A stretch of DNA of 64,000 nt from Vitrella brassicaformis CCMP3155. Taxonomy: Eukaryota; Protista; Chromerida. The notes below the pieces were generated by a model. The model was given only the letters and a program-made list of their open reading frames with translations, was not told the origin of the DNA and did not search any database. How positions within the stretch are numbered: the first letter of the stretch is position 1; the number at the start of each line of letters is the position of its first letter. This document shows positions 9,678-20,278 of the stretch, in pieces. The stretch covers positions 15,105 to 79,104 of the forward strand of contig CDMY01000424.1 in NCBI GenBank assembly GCA_001179505.1, written 5' to 3'. Made by a program: the position numbers and the translations under genes.

Positions 9678-12600
9678 TTAGGCCGACAACTCGGCACCAT
9701 CCTGTTCGGCCGTGCCGAAAGTGAATCCGTTGGCTGCGGTGGATGGCAGCAGTACATCCTTGACGAACATGGCCTCGACCATGGACCTGCTCATGGGTGG
9801 GGAAGGTAGGCTGACGGGCGAGGCAGCCATGGAGCTGTTGTTGTTGGTATCCAAATTGTCGCTCCTGCCCGTCTCGTCCTCTTCGCTCTTGCCGGCCTGC
9901 GACGGGGTTGCCGAGGGAGGCGTGGGCGGGATGAGGCTGTCCCGCACGATGCCAGTGGTGATGCGGTCACCCAGGGAAGGCACGGACAGCAGGTCCTTGG
10001 CCTCACTGATTGACCCCCTCGGATCCCGCATGACCTCTCCCTGGGGCTCTTCTATTTGTCCATCGGCCGCGTCTCGCAGCAGAGGTGGCTCGGGGCTTTC
10101 GTGTCTCGGTGCGGCATCGATTATCACAGTGGGGGTGACCTCCTTGTCTTCGGGGCCACCGTCATCGTCTGCTGAAGGTTCCTCCTCGTGGATTGTCTGC
10201 GGGAGACGGAAGCCTTCAGTGCCTGACACCGGTGACACCGCAGTGGAGTGCCACAGATGTCGGTGTGCTGTCCGTCCATGATTTGCTCACCGCCGTCATC
10301 CTGTGGCGAGCCATCAGCCGAGCCATCGATGTTGTTTTCAAACGTCACTGATCTGCCTCGTCTTGATGCAAACTGCTGCCGCAGTGACTGTATGTATGGA
10401 TGCATACATACATACATACATACACAGATGACACAGGAACATGCACCAGACAATCGCCTCACACCCCCCCGGCCGTCTGTGCCGTGTCTCACTCACCCCT
10501 GCAGGTGCAGTAGTGGCCAGTTGCTGCCGTGTGTCGGCCGCCTTCTCAGCACCGCCACCCTCCATCTCCATCTGAATAAAACCATACATGGGTGGCACAA
10601 GCAGAATAGACATACCTGTACATCCATGGCGACCGAGTTGCCGTCTCACCCACCCACCTCAGCGCCGTGCCGCTGCTCGTCACGGTGTTGTTCCGATGGC
10701 ATCATGGTGATGGGGTGGTCCATGGGCTGCGTCAGCCGCGAGAAGCTGCGTGTCCCTGCGAGGTTCTTCAAGACCCCAGGCCGCCGACCCGCCAGCTGAT
10801 TGAGCATGGATGAATTCCTCCTGTCATATTCGACGATGGAGAACGGGCTGAGGGAGCCCGGCTCATGGCGGGGCAGGTCGCGGCTCCGCGTGCTGCTGCT
10901 GGCCGTGCGAAGCTTGGGGCTGCGGCCAATGGCCTTGGCCTCCTTCAGAAACGAGAAGTTCTCAAACAGTGCGAACTCTTTGATGATCGAGCCGAGGGAC
11001 GTGACGAGCACATTCGGGAAGCGGCTGCTAAGGAACTTGTTGAGCTGCACGATGTCTGCTGTTGGCGTCGTGCAGAGCAGGATGGGCACCCGCACCCCGA
11101 TGGACGTCAGCCACTGGACGATCTGGATGCCGGGGAACTGCTGCGCCCCTCCCATGGCGTCTGCGTCCGCAGACTGCTCGGCCGACTGCATGAAGAAGTG
11201 GGACGTCGACACCTCTGACGGCCGGCCGCCGGTGGATGTGAGTTGGGTGCTCTTGCGGCTGATGATTTGGGATGGCCGCTCCGGAACCTTTAGGACTCGG
11301 CGCTTGTCGTCTGTAGTGTGGCTGCTGGGAGTGCCCGTGTGTGCCGGGGCTGGGGGCGGTGCACCGGCTGTTGCAGCGGGTGGAGCGCCCGTAAGATCAG
11401 TGATGATGCGGAATGTCTGTGAGGCCTTGCTGGAGAAGAGGGCCGGTCTCAAGCGGTAGACATGCTGGATAAACACCTGGCCCTCGGCTATGGAGTCTAT
11501 CGTCACAATCTGCATGGACGGACAAAGGGAGACACGCAGGCAGGCATGGACCAGTGACGGTGTAAGTGTGTCTCAGTGAGTCACAGCCACAAACAAACCT
11601 GTGTGCCGTCGGCCCTGGCCTCGTCATGTATGTCTGCGTAGCGCTTGTTGTGGCAGCACCACCATAGCAGCATTCGCTGCATCACACAAACACTGCCCCG
11701 CCTTTCCAGGCTATGACTGACTGACTCACTCACTTTTGTGTGTGCGGCCTCCTCGGGCGCCTTGTCGATGCTGACTTCAAAGCTCTTGACCAGGCCGTCG
11801 ATCTTGTTATGCAGAGAGAACACCAAGCCCCACAGCTGAATCTCGAACGGGCTCTTGACGTTGGACTCCAGGCTCACACCGCGCGAGAACAGATAGGTCG
11901 TCATGGCTATCATGAAGGCACCCACCAGTAACGCGCCCAAACTTATCAGCAGAAACAGCACAAATCCTGCAGCAAACATACAACCCATTCAACCGGAGAG
12001 AGACACCTCACTGTCGCCGAAAGTGCGTGGGCTGACCTCCGAAAAGGTTCTCGTTGAGCAGGGGCCCAGTGGGGAAAATGGATATGCTGAGTTTGAGCAT
12101 CGCCAGGATGCTGACACCCAGGCCCCTGAACTCCTCCACTCTGCTGCCATACAGCTGCACACACAAGACACAGTACGTACGTGTGTGTGTGTGTGTGTGT
12201 GTAGTGCGAGGAGTGGCAGCCAGCATCCGTGTGGACGAACCGCGTTGATTGCGAATGCCCACGGTATCAGCATGCACATGAGGAGCAGGAAGAACAGCAG
12301 CACCCCAGGCAACATGCGGAAGAATACCTTGACTGCGTATTGGTCGGCAGGTGCATTCATGGAGACAGACGTGGGAAGATGGAAAAGCCTTACGGGGATG
12401 CCTCTCTTACCGAGCGACCTCATGTGTTCGGTGGCCTTAAGGCAAATTAGGTTCAGGCCAAAGATGATCTTGAAGGGCAGCAACAGGCACGCAAACGAAT
12501 AAGCCTGCCGGCATCCATCCAAGAGCAATCAGACCCACAAGCAACCATCGACTGATTGATGTTGACCAGCTTTCCCGTTTCATGTAATGGCTGACACATA

Positions 12601-14304
12601 CATACGTACATTTCTCTCGAGTCTTGCGGCGTCGCTGAGAGCTGAGAGGGAGACGAAGGACTGCGTGTCGTCTAAGTCGGCCTTGAGGAAGACATGAATG
12701 CTGCAATCGACCAGCAGACAACCATGGCACGAAACACGGTATTAATGGCTGAGTTGCATGTGGAAGCCCCCGTTGCGTACGCAATGAATCTGCATGTGAT
12801 GGCATAGACGATGGTTCCGAGGAGGAGCAGCTCGCACAGATGGACATGCAGCCTCGCACGGAGATTCATCTCGAGAAGCAACTGCAATACGACGCGAAAC
12901 GTCAACAGCAGAGGTAACACGAGAGACGCACACACCATCGGTTGCTCGATTGCCTCCTCACCTTGAGGAACATGAGTAGGACCACAACGAAAAAGAAACT
13001 GTCGATGCAGATGAACAGCCAGGCGAACTCCGTCTGCAGAGCATACGACTCGAGGGCGAACAGCGCCACGGCCTCAACATGAAAGGCCGTCTGCACTGAC
13101 TGATCCGCAAACTTCTCTATCGCAAACCTGCAAGATCCATATACAATAGTCGACAAAACACAACAGCGAGCATACGCCGGTCGTTGCCACCTCGTGCACG
13201 TCTTGTCTTGTCTTGCCTGCCGATGACAAGTCTTCTTGTATGTTCGTCGACGAACGACATGTCGATGAGCACCAGCCTGGTGAAATCATCCAGCCACTGC
13301 TCCATTCTCAGCTGCTGCACCTTCTTCATCAGCTCAGAATATGGCTCCGCCAGCTCTATCACATAGGCGTGGTAAGGGTATCTTGTGCCCTTCCGGCCGA
13401 CATAGGAAGTCGACGACAAGTCGCGAATCGATACAATCCGGTACTCCTCACACTTGGGTTCCGCGCAGTAGGGGCTAGGTGGCTCGGGGGGGGTCTCGGT
13501 AACGGTGCTCGGCGTGGACGCCCAGCCCCAACCAACGCCCGTTTTAGCCACCGCTGAAAAATCTCTGTCGTCGAAATTCTTATAATCGATGCACTTGTTT
13601 GGGGGTCGAGGGAAGCTGCCTACACCGCACACATAACACACCCGAGGCCACCGAGTAAGTGACGTCTCTTATGCAGCTGGCTGGTCGGCGGTGTGGCTCG
13701 ACACACACACAACCCTCACCATTGGAGACGCCGCCCCTCTCTCGTCGATGCGTGTCGATGGATTCATCGAAATCAGGGCAGTCGCCCCGTCGAGGTGCGC
13801 GTGACCTCAATTGGGCGAGCCGAATGCCTCCCAGCGGCCGCAGCGATGTGGGGTATTTGCTGAAGTAACGATACAGCAGCGTCTCCTCCACCCAGCGCCA
13901 GAAGGGCGTCGTCGCTTGAGACACGATCTTCACGAAATCGTCGGTTTCCGCCTCAATCATTGCTGGTTGAGGCAGAGGAGGAACAACACAAATCCTGACC
14001 ACATGCTGCCTCGTCTCACGCACCTTCCCGCGTCTGCATTGTGCTGAACGTGTCGGCATCATATAGCTGCAAGCGAAAAGGGAGAAGAATTCTGGACGTG
14101 TGAATGGGTGGGCAGATATGGCTGCGTGCATACGGACCTTGCGGATGGCTACGGTCGTCTGGTAGTCAAGCCCCGAATGCAGGTCTCGTGAGAAACCAAA
14201 CATCCACTGAGGCAAGCAGGGGCGTCTCCTCCGTTCAGGTAGACTGGTGATTCTTTGCTTACGATGAAGAGTGCGACGTATGCGAAAACCAAAATCTTCT
14301 CCAT
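9678..14304 (-). CDS. Polycystin-2 (TRPP/PKD2)-like cation channel with a C-terminal receiver-like domain and acidic low-complexity tail
   Basis: Exons encode a first TM (MEKILVFAYVALFIWMFGF), polycystin/TOP-domain motifs (FWRWVEETLL..LGGIRLAQLR..DC; YPYHAYVIEL..QQLRMEQWLDDFTRLVLIDMS), several further TM segments (AWLFICIDSFFFVVVLLMFL, GVLLFFLLLMCMLIPWAF, FLLISLGALLVGAF) and then cytosolic exons at 10646-11515 and 9678-10238. The joining of all exons into one gene is inferred. Confidence 0.72.
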
Positions 14305-14529
14305 GCGGCCATGCAGCAACCTGAACGCAGAGAAGCGAGAGTCTGTGGGAAACAACGGAGAGGGCCGCTCAATCTCGTACCCATAACGAAACCATACTGA
14401 CAGGCGCCCAACAGAGGACAGGTTGACCCAATCGGCTGCGGACACCGCCATTTGCTTCGTGAACAGGCGTTGTGGCCCTGATGTTGGCTTCTTCGTGGCC
14501 GGAACGCCTTCGACCCTCCGATTTACATC

Positions 14530-14539
14530 TGCGAGCTTA
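14530..14539 (-). promoter_or_regulatory. TAAGCTCGCA element (reverse strand) in the PKD2-like/IFT22 divergent intergenic region
   Basis: tgcgagctta on the plus strand. Confidence 0.55.
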
Positions 14540-14572
14540 GAGGTGAAGGGGCCGGAGAGGGATGAGAGCGTC

Positions 14573-15485
14573 ATGAACACCACTCGTGTGAAGATCACGT
14601 GCGTCGGGCCTCCGCGGAGCGGCAAGTCGTTTATCTCCAATGTGTTGGCAGAGATCTGCGAGGCGCCTTCCTCACGCTACCGACCCACCGTAGGCGTTCG
14701 AATTGTCGAGGTGGAGAGAGAGAAAGTGACCTGTGAGCTCTGGGACGTGTCAGGAGATCAGAGGTCAGCACACATCTGCCTGGGTCATTCATCGCAATTG
14801 TCCTCATTCTCACTCTGCGTTGTGTTGCGGTGCGTTTTACATGTTCAGATACTCATCGTGTTGGCCAGCGATTCAGCAGGGCGTGTCTGGAGCACTTTTT
14901 GTGTACGACGCAGAGGTGCAGACAGCTGACCTCGAGACCTGGTAAAGGAACACACGGCACACCGCACACAGCATGACATGGAGCTGCTGCGTTGTCTGTC
15001 TGTCTGTCTGTCTGTCTGCAGGTACCATTCGTTCGCGACCTCTCTCGGCCTGACGCCCACCCAATGCATGGTGCGAAAGAGCCAGCCAAAGGAAGGGATC
15101 CATGTGACTTTCCTCTTGTCGCTCCGTTCAGCTGGTGTGCAACGTCAAGCGACCCGACATGGAGAGAACACCGCAGCCCCGTAAGTGGCAGAGCCGTGAG
15201 AAGCGATTAGAGTGAGAAGCGTCTGACTCCCCATGGGTGTCCCTCCATGCATCAGCGGGGAGATTTCACGCGCTGAAGGAGTGCGGCAACTTCTGTGTGG
15301 TGTCGGGCAGCACTCTCGCCGCCTTCCGAGAGGCATTCGGTGCCTTTCTCGACAAGGTAAGACCGGCGCTCACTACAAGTGGATTGATCAACACAGGTGA
15401 TGGGTCTCCTTGGTGCCCGTGTTGTCAGGCGGTGGCCAGCCAGGAGGCCAAGGTGCGGTCTGAAGAGGAGGCACTGTTGAAGTGA
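14573..15485 (+). CDS. IFT22: Intraflagellar transport protein 22 (RABL5), atypical small GTPase
   Basis: VKITCVGPPRSGKSFISNVLAE..YRPTVGVRIVEVE..ELWDVSGD..SCWPAIQ..LFVYD..LETWYHSF..C-terminal EEEALL. This is the IFT22 pattern: P-loop and WDxSG present, no NKxD. Confidence 0.85.
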
Positions 15486-16008
15486 ATAGCCAGGGGAGAA
15501 GGCCTGTCTGCTTACTTGATGGCCTGACACTCTCTCTCTTGGTGCGACTGGTAGATAGCCCCAGGATTGATGTGAATAGTCTTCTTAGTTCAATGGATGG
15601 GGCTACTGATGGGTATACTGACTGACTGATGCATTGCCGTGCATGACGCATCATACATTGACATGTACATGGATATCAACATCATGTTAGACGAGGGCAC
15701 GCCGCCTGCGGCCTGTCGTGATCGGTGTGTGTGCACAAACACCCATCACGATAGGCTGCAGGTGCGTGCCTGTCGTCTAACTTGGTCAACTTTATGTTAG
15801 TGTAAGCTGTTACCAAACCACGCAACCACTGACTGTAGAGAGCAGGCAGAGAGAGCGTCAGCTGGCTCTGCTGAATCACTGCACGCCATGTCGACAATCA
15901 ACAGGCCGCCATCCATCCCCCCATCCATCCATCCATCCATCAATGCACCTCATGCGATGCATCCGTCTATCAGTCAGTTACTGAGTGCAGTGCAGTCAGT
16001 CACTGAGC

Positions 16009-16272
16009 TCATCTGATCCTGATGAGCGTCTCGCCTCGCCTGATGAACTTCTTCCTGCCGCTTCTGTGGGTCTTGCGCTTCATGTTGGTGCCCCACGAAC
16101 GACGAATGGCGAACTGGCGCACACAGATAGCCGCCGGATGAGGACCCCACACCGGACCGCTGACACTCATTGTGGACCACCCGATAGATCTTGTCGATGA
16201 AGTTGCACTTGCTTGCATGGTTCTGACGGCTGTTTGTCGGCAGAAAGGTGGCATTGCCCGGCACGCAGCCAT
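16009..16272 (-). CDS. Small, very basic hypothetical protein with a mitochondrial-presequence-like N-terminus
   Basis: 87-aa single ORF, almost no acidic residues, ends MKRKTHRSGRKKFIRRGETLIRIR, and lies head-to-head with the gene at 16440. Confidence 0.35.
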   Translation of the reverse strand: MAACRAMPPFCRQTAVRTMQASATSSTRSIGWSTMSVSGPVWGPHPAAICVRQFAIRRSWGTNMKRKTHRSGRKKFIRRGETLIRIR

Positions 16273-16303
16273 TGCGCTTGCGCCCCGCAGCAGTCCCGAG
16301 GAC

Positions 16304-16326
16304 AGGGTTAGGGTTTTTGAAACCCT
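16304..16326. promoter_or_regulatory. Telo-box-like inverted motif (AGGGTTAGGGTTT-TTG-AAACCCT) between two divergent small genes
   Basis: Seen directly in the sequence; function inferred. Confidence 0.4.
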
Positions 16327-16439
16327 TGCGCCTTTGCGTTCCCGCGCCCTAGCTGCCCCTTCCGTCCAGCCGTCCCTCCTTCCATCAGTCGTTTCCCCCT
16401 CCTCCAGAACGTGTGCCTGGCTCCTGATCTCCCCTGACG

Positions 16440-16904
16440 ATGCCGAAGAAATCTAATTTGCAGATCAGCAGCTGGAACTTCAACCCGCACCGAGTGTTGG
16501 CGAATGCGGACATGCGGCCGGGGACCCACCTCATTTGGCAGCGGTCAGTGGGGGGGTCCGAGGAACAGCTCAATGAGCACATCAATCAAGCCCTGATGCG
16601 AAGCCAACCACCACAACAGCCGGTGAGTGTGACGCACACGAATGCGTGATGCATCGACAGAATGAACGAAGAGCAGCACCGGCTGGCATCTGGCTGTCTG
16701 GCTGTCTGTGTGTGTACCGTCGCTCAGACTCGATGGCAGAGGTACTTCGCGAGGAACAAGGCATTGCTGGCGGCCCTGACGGTGATATTTGGGGGTGCGT
16801 CCGTGGTGATCTACCTGGGTAATACCTGGAAGCCGCCCGGCTTCACCGACAAGAGCAGGAAGCTCCGCAAGGAGATTCTCGAGCAGCACTTCCACGAGGT
16901 CTGA
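16440..16904 (+). CDS. Small single-pass membrane protein of unknown function (2 exons, about 120 aa)
   Basis: Exon 16440-16622 (GTGAGT donor) and exon 16728-16904 splice in frame: MPKKSNLQISSWNFNPHRVL...RNKALLAALTVIFGGASVVIYLG..HFHEV*. Confidence 0.65.
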
Positions 16905-17804
16905 CGGCTGCCTGCCTGCCTGCCTGGCGTGTCTGTCCACCCTCCTTGTTTTGCGGAGGGCTGGGCTGCGAGGGAGGGAAGGAGGGCTGGGGTGGGGTGG
17001 GCGGCTGTCCATGGAAGGCGGGGCGTGTGTATTGACTGTTTGCTGACAGACCTTTCATGTCTGGTGGGCTGTCTTGCAGTTTGAGTGTGTACAATCAGTC
17101 AGTGAGTGTGTTCCGTGTACCCTTGCTTTGCTGTTGCCACTTGTGCCTGCTGTGGGAGGGAGACGAGGCACACAGACACACCACAGCACCACGGGTGCAG
17201 TTGCTGCGAAGAGAGAGAAAGGCGAGATGTATCAGTTTTTGTGGGTGTGGTTGTAGTTGATCGACAGTATGTTGCAAGACCCTGCAACGACCACCCAAGT
17301 TTGTCAACTGTGGATTCACTCTGTAACCACAGCCGAATCAACGGTCCCATCCATAGTCACGCCATCACATGTCGGCTGACCCACACATCACTGACTGTTA
17401 ATTCGCTCCTTTCCGCGTTGTATGTAAAACTCTTTTTGACGCTTGTGACAAGGATACACAGGTACGCCAGGCCACAGTCATCATATATGGGCGAAAAATA
17501 CTCTCGACCAGCACCACAGAGGCACACTGAATGACTGTACACACGCAAATCAGTGTCGCATTAGGTCCATCGGGCCCCCCCGAGCCCCCACTGCTGCACG
17601 CCACACCTCTCTGCACACCAACATGCACTGCACAGACCCCGGTGAAGGCGTACTCACGATACAGCTGCATTGGCCAGAGGGAGAAAACCGCACCGAAAAG
17701 AGCGGGCCTACCACTGGTGGTGATACAGATGCCGACTCGGATCGAGCAGGAGGCACAATCACGCCACGAAGGATTGCGATAAGGCCGGCCGTCTGTCTGT
17801 CTTG

Positions 17805-20025
17805 TCATCGTCTGGCCGGCAGCACAGGCGGTGGGTTGTCGTGCTCCAGACGCTCGATGCCAAGCAGCTTGAGTGCCCACTTTTCATAGTAGGGGTCCGT
17901 GTCGCCCGTGTAGACCTTAAACAGGAAGTACTGCACGGCACGGCGGTGGGACACGCAAAGGAAAAAGATGAGGGCACGGCACCGACATAGATAGACACTA
18001 CATTGTGTCTGTGTGCCTGTGTGTACCTTCTCGAAGGCGATCTTGGCGAGTTGCGCCCACTTGCCCCGGCTGTGCCACGCCACGTTCCTTGGTGGAAGCT
18101 GGGGAAGAGCCAGGAAGACAGCCCCTTCGTCGCCGAAGTCAGTGATACACAACGCATTGAGCGACGGGATCTCCTTGGCCTCCTCGCCGCACATCAGAGA
18201 ACCTATGTTGTGTGCCGTTGCCGTACCCATCGTCTCTATCATGTAACTGACAGGCAGAGGAAGCAACACATGGAATGAATGAATGAATGAACGCGCTTTG
18301 GGTCTTTCCTTTCTCACCCACCCGGTCTTGGGTGCTCCCGTGGCGACCGGCGTGGTCTCGACGGGCGGGATGGCGGTAGCCACACCAACGACGAAGACAT
18401 TCTTGAATGCGGGGTTCTGCTGCATGGCGTTGCACAGCACGCACCCCTTGGCGTTGGTCAGCCCCAACTCGGCAAGCTTGGGGTTTTTGAGGAACCCCAC
18501 GCCCTCAAAGGGAGGAATGAAAACGCCATAATCGAAGGGGAGATCGTGCTTCATGGGCGGGTCGGAGGACGCCTGGCGCTCGGGCAGCTGCGTGAGATGG
18601 ACTGTGTCGGGTGAAACCTCATCGATGTGGGCGTTGGTAATCCACTTGATGTCGCGCTCCCGGAACAGACTCTCAATCAGACCTGATGGATGACACAAAC
18701 AACGAAACAACGATCTCTGTGCCCTCAGCTGGTCCCGGGCGTCTTACATGCGTACGTACCTTTGCTGTCGCCAACACCTCCCAATCCCAGGTGGCCCACA
18801 TATGGTTCAGAGCTCACTGACACGCACGGAAGCGCACCAACGCGAGCATCGGATGGAAGGGATGTGCACATCATGGTGGTGCCTACCGTAAGTAATAGGG
18901 ACGTATTTTCTCAGCTTCTTTTTTCGCAGCTCGTTGTCCATTATCATTGCGTGCTCGTATGCCGGCCCAAAGCACGACGCCCCCGGCGCTGCGCCAACCA
19001 CTATAGCGCCCTTCTTCTCCCGGGCCACTTTGTCACAAAAGGCATCCCACTTCTCAGCGGCCTTTTCAGCGTGCTCGCCGTTGCAGATCGACTCCGTGTA
19101 GAAGGCCGGTCCGAGACCTTTCACCTGGTCAAAGGCCAAGCGAGGGCCTGTTGCAACCACCTGACACCAAGGCAGCGAATGCGAAAGCGTTTGAAGGCTG
19201 CCTGCACTGCCTTTGAGAGCGTGTGTGTGGCAGAGCCACGGCCGTAGCGATGCACCAGGTAGTCGTAGTCAATCTGCTGCAGGTCCTCGGGTGCCCCCTC
19301 GCCCATGTCCCTGACGTAGAGGCGGTTGTCGGACGGCTCGAGCCGCTCAACGCTCGCGTGGCGGAAGTTGATGCCCTTCCTGTTCAACACACTGCCCAAG
19401 TCGAGCCTGATCTCATCTTTGGTCCTCGTACGCACCGCTACCCTGGCACACAGGCATATCGATTGGCGGCAGCGAAACCATGAGTGTGTGGGTCACGTCA
19501 CTTGGTGTGCTTACCATGGGCACGAGGGCGTGAATTCAAAGTACGGGCGGCTTGACAGGAGCGTGAGGGACACAGGGCGGCCATTGAGGGCCGCCTGGCG
19601 TTCCTTGACCACACCCATTATGTCGAATGCAGTGGACACGCCACCAATCCCCCCACCCACGACGACTATTTTGATGGGCTCCATGCCGCCAGCAACGTCG
19701 ACAGGAGCATCAGGCGTCGCCACTGACGTCGACGCGCTGCTCGACAGGCGATGACGGACAGAGGGCCTCGGCACAATAGACGACTGCACACACACAACAG
19801 GGAGAGCGTGAAGGTTGCAAATGCAAGCATGCACGCACGCGTGACCCTCGCAGCACCCACCAGCAGCAAACCCAGCCTCACCTTAGCTGCGGGTGGTTCG
19901 CCCTGCGCACCACCGTCTCTGCCACGGAATCTCCAGGGCTGGTGATGCGATGAGAAGGATGGATGAGCAGTGAAAGCTGCCGTCGAGTGCCACAGTGTCA
20001 TCACTGCCAAGCAGAATAGCACCAT
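17805..20025 (-). CDS. sqr: Sulfide:quinone oxidoreductase, bacterial type I-like, with signal peptide plus transit-peptide-like leader
   Basis: IVVVGGGIGG FAD loop, FEFTPSCPW, ATGPRLAFDQVKG, GAAPGASCFGPAYE, VFVVGVA, GAPKTGYMIE.M..A.NI, NALCITDFGD.G..F.ALPQLPPRN and KWAQLAKIAFEKYFL. Both redox cysteines are present. Confidence 0.92.
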
Positions 20026-20163
20026 GCCGCCAGCAGAGTGGCGGGGCCGGTCAGTCTTGCGCTTTCTCGCCATCAGCAGGCTCTCTGGGAAGCCGAATGG
20101 AGTAAGCTGCTGGTCCAGAGAAGCCTGTTGGACTTGTTGGACCCGGGAAGAGATCTGCTGCTC

Positions 20164-20173
20164 TAAGCTCGCA
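20164..20173 (+). promoter_or_regulatory. TAAGCTCGCA element in the SQR/CoADR-RHD divergent intergenic region
   Basis: ctctaagctcgcaaac. Confidence 0.55.
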
Positions 20174-20278
20174 AACGTTGGGACAACGCCCAGAGAATCG
20201 TTTCCGGGCTGGGCGTCGCTTTTCATCACTTCCGACAGCCCAAGTGAAGAACATCATCGCCTGATTCATCAAAACAAG

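Noticed and set aside
17398-17800. Possible small gene downstream of SQR on the minus strand
   Set aside because: A GTGAGT donor-like site exists, but I could not build a coherent frame; it may be 3' UTR.
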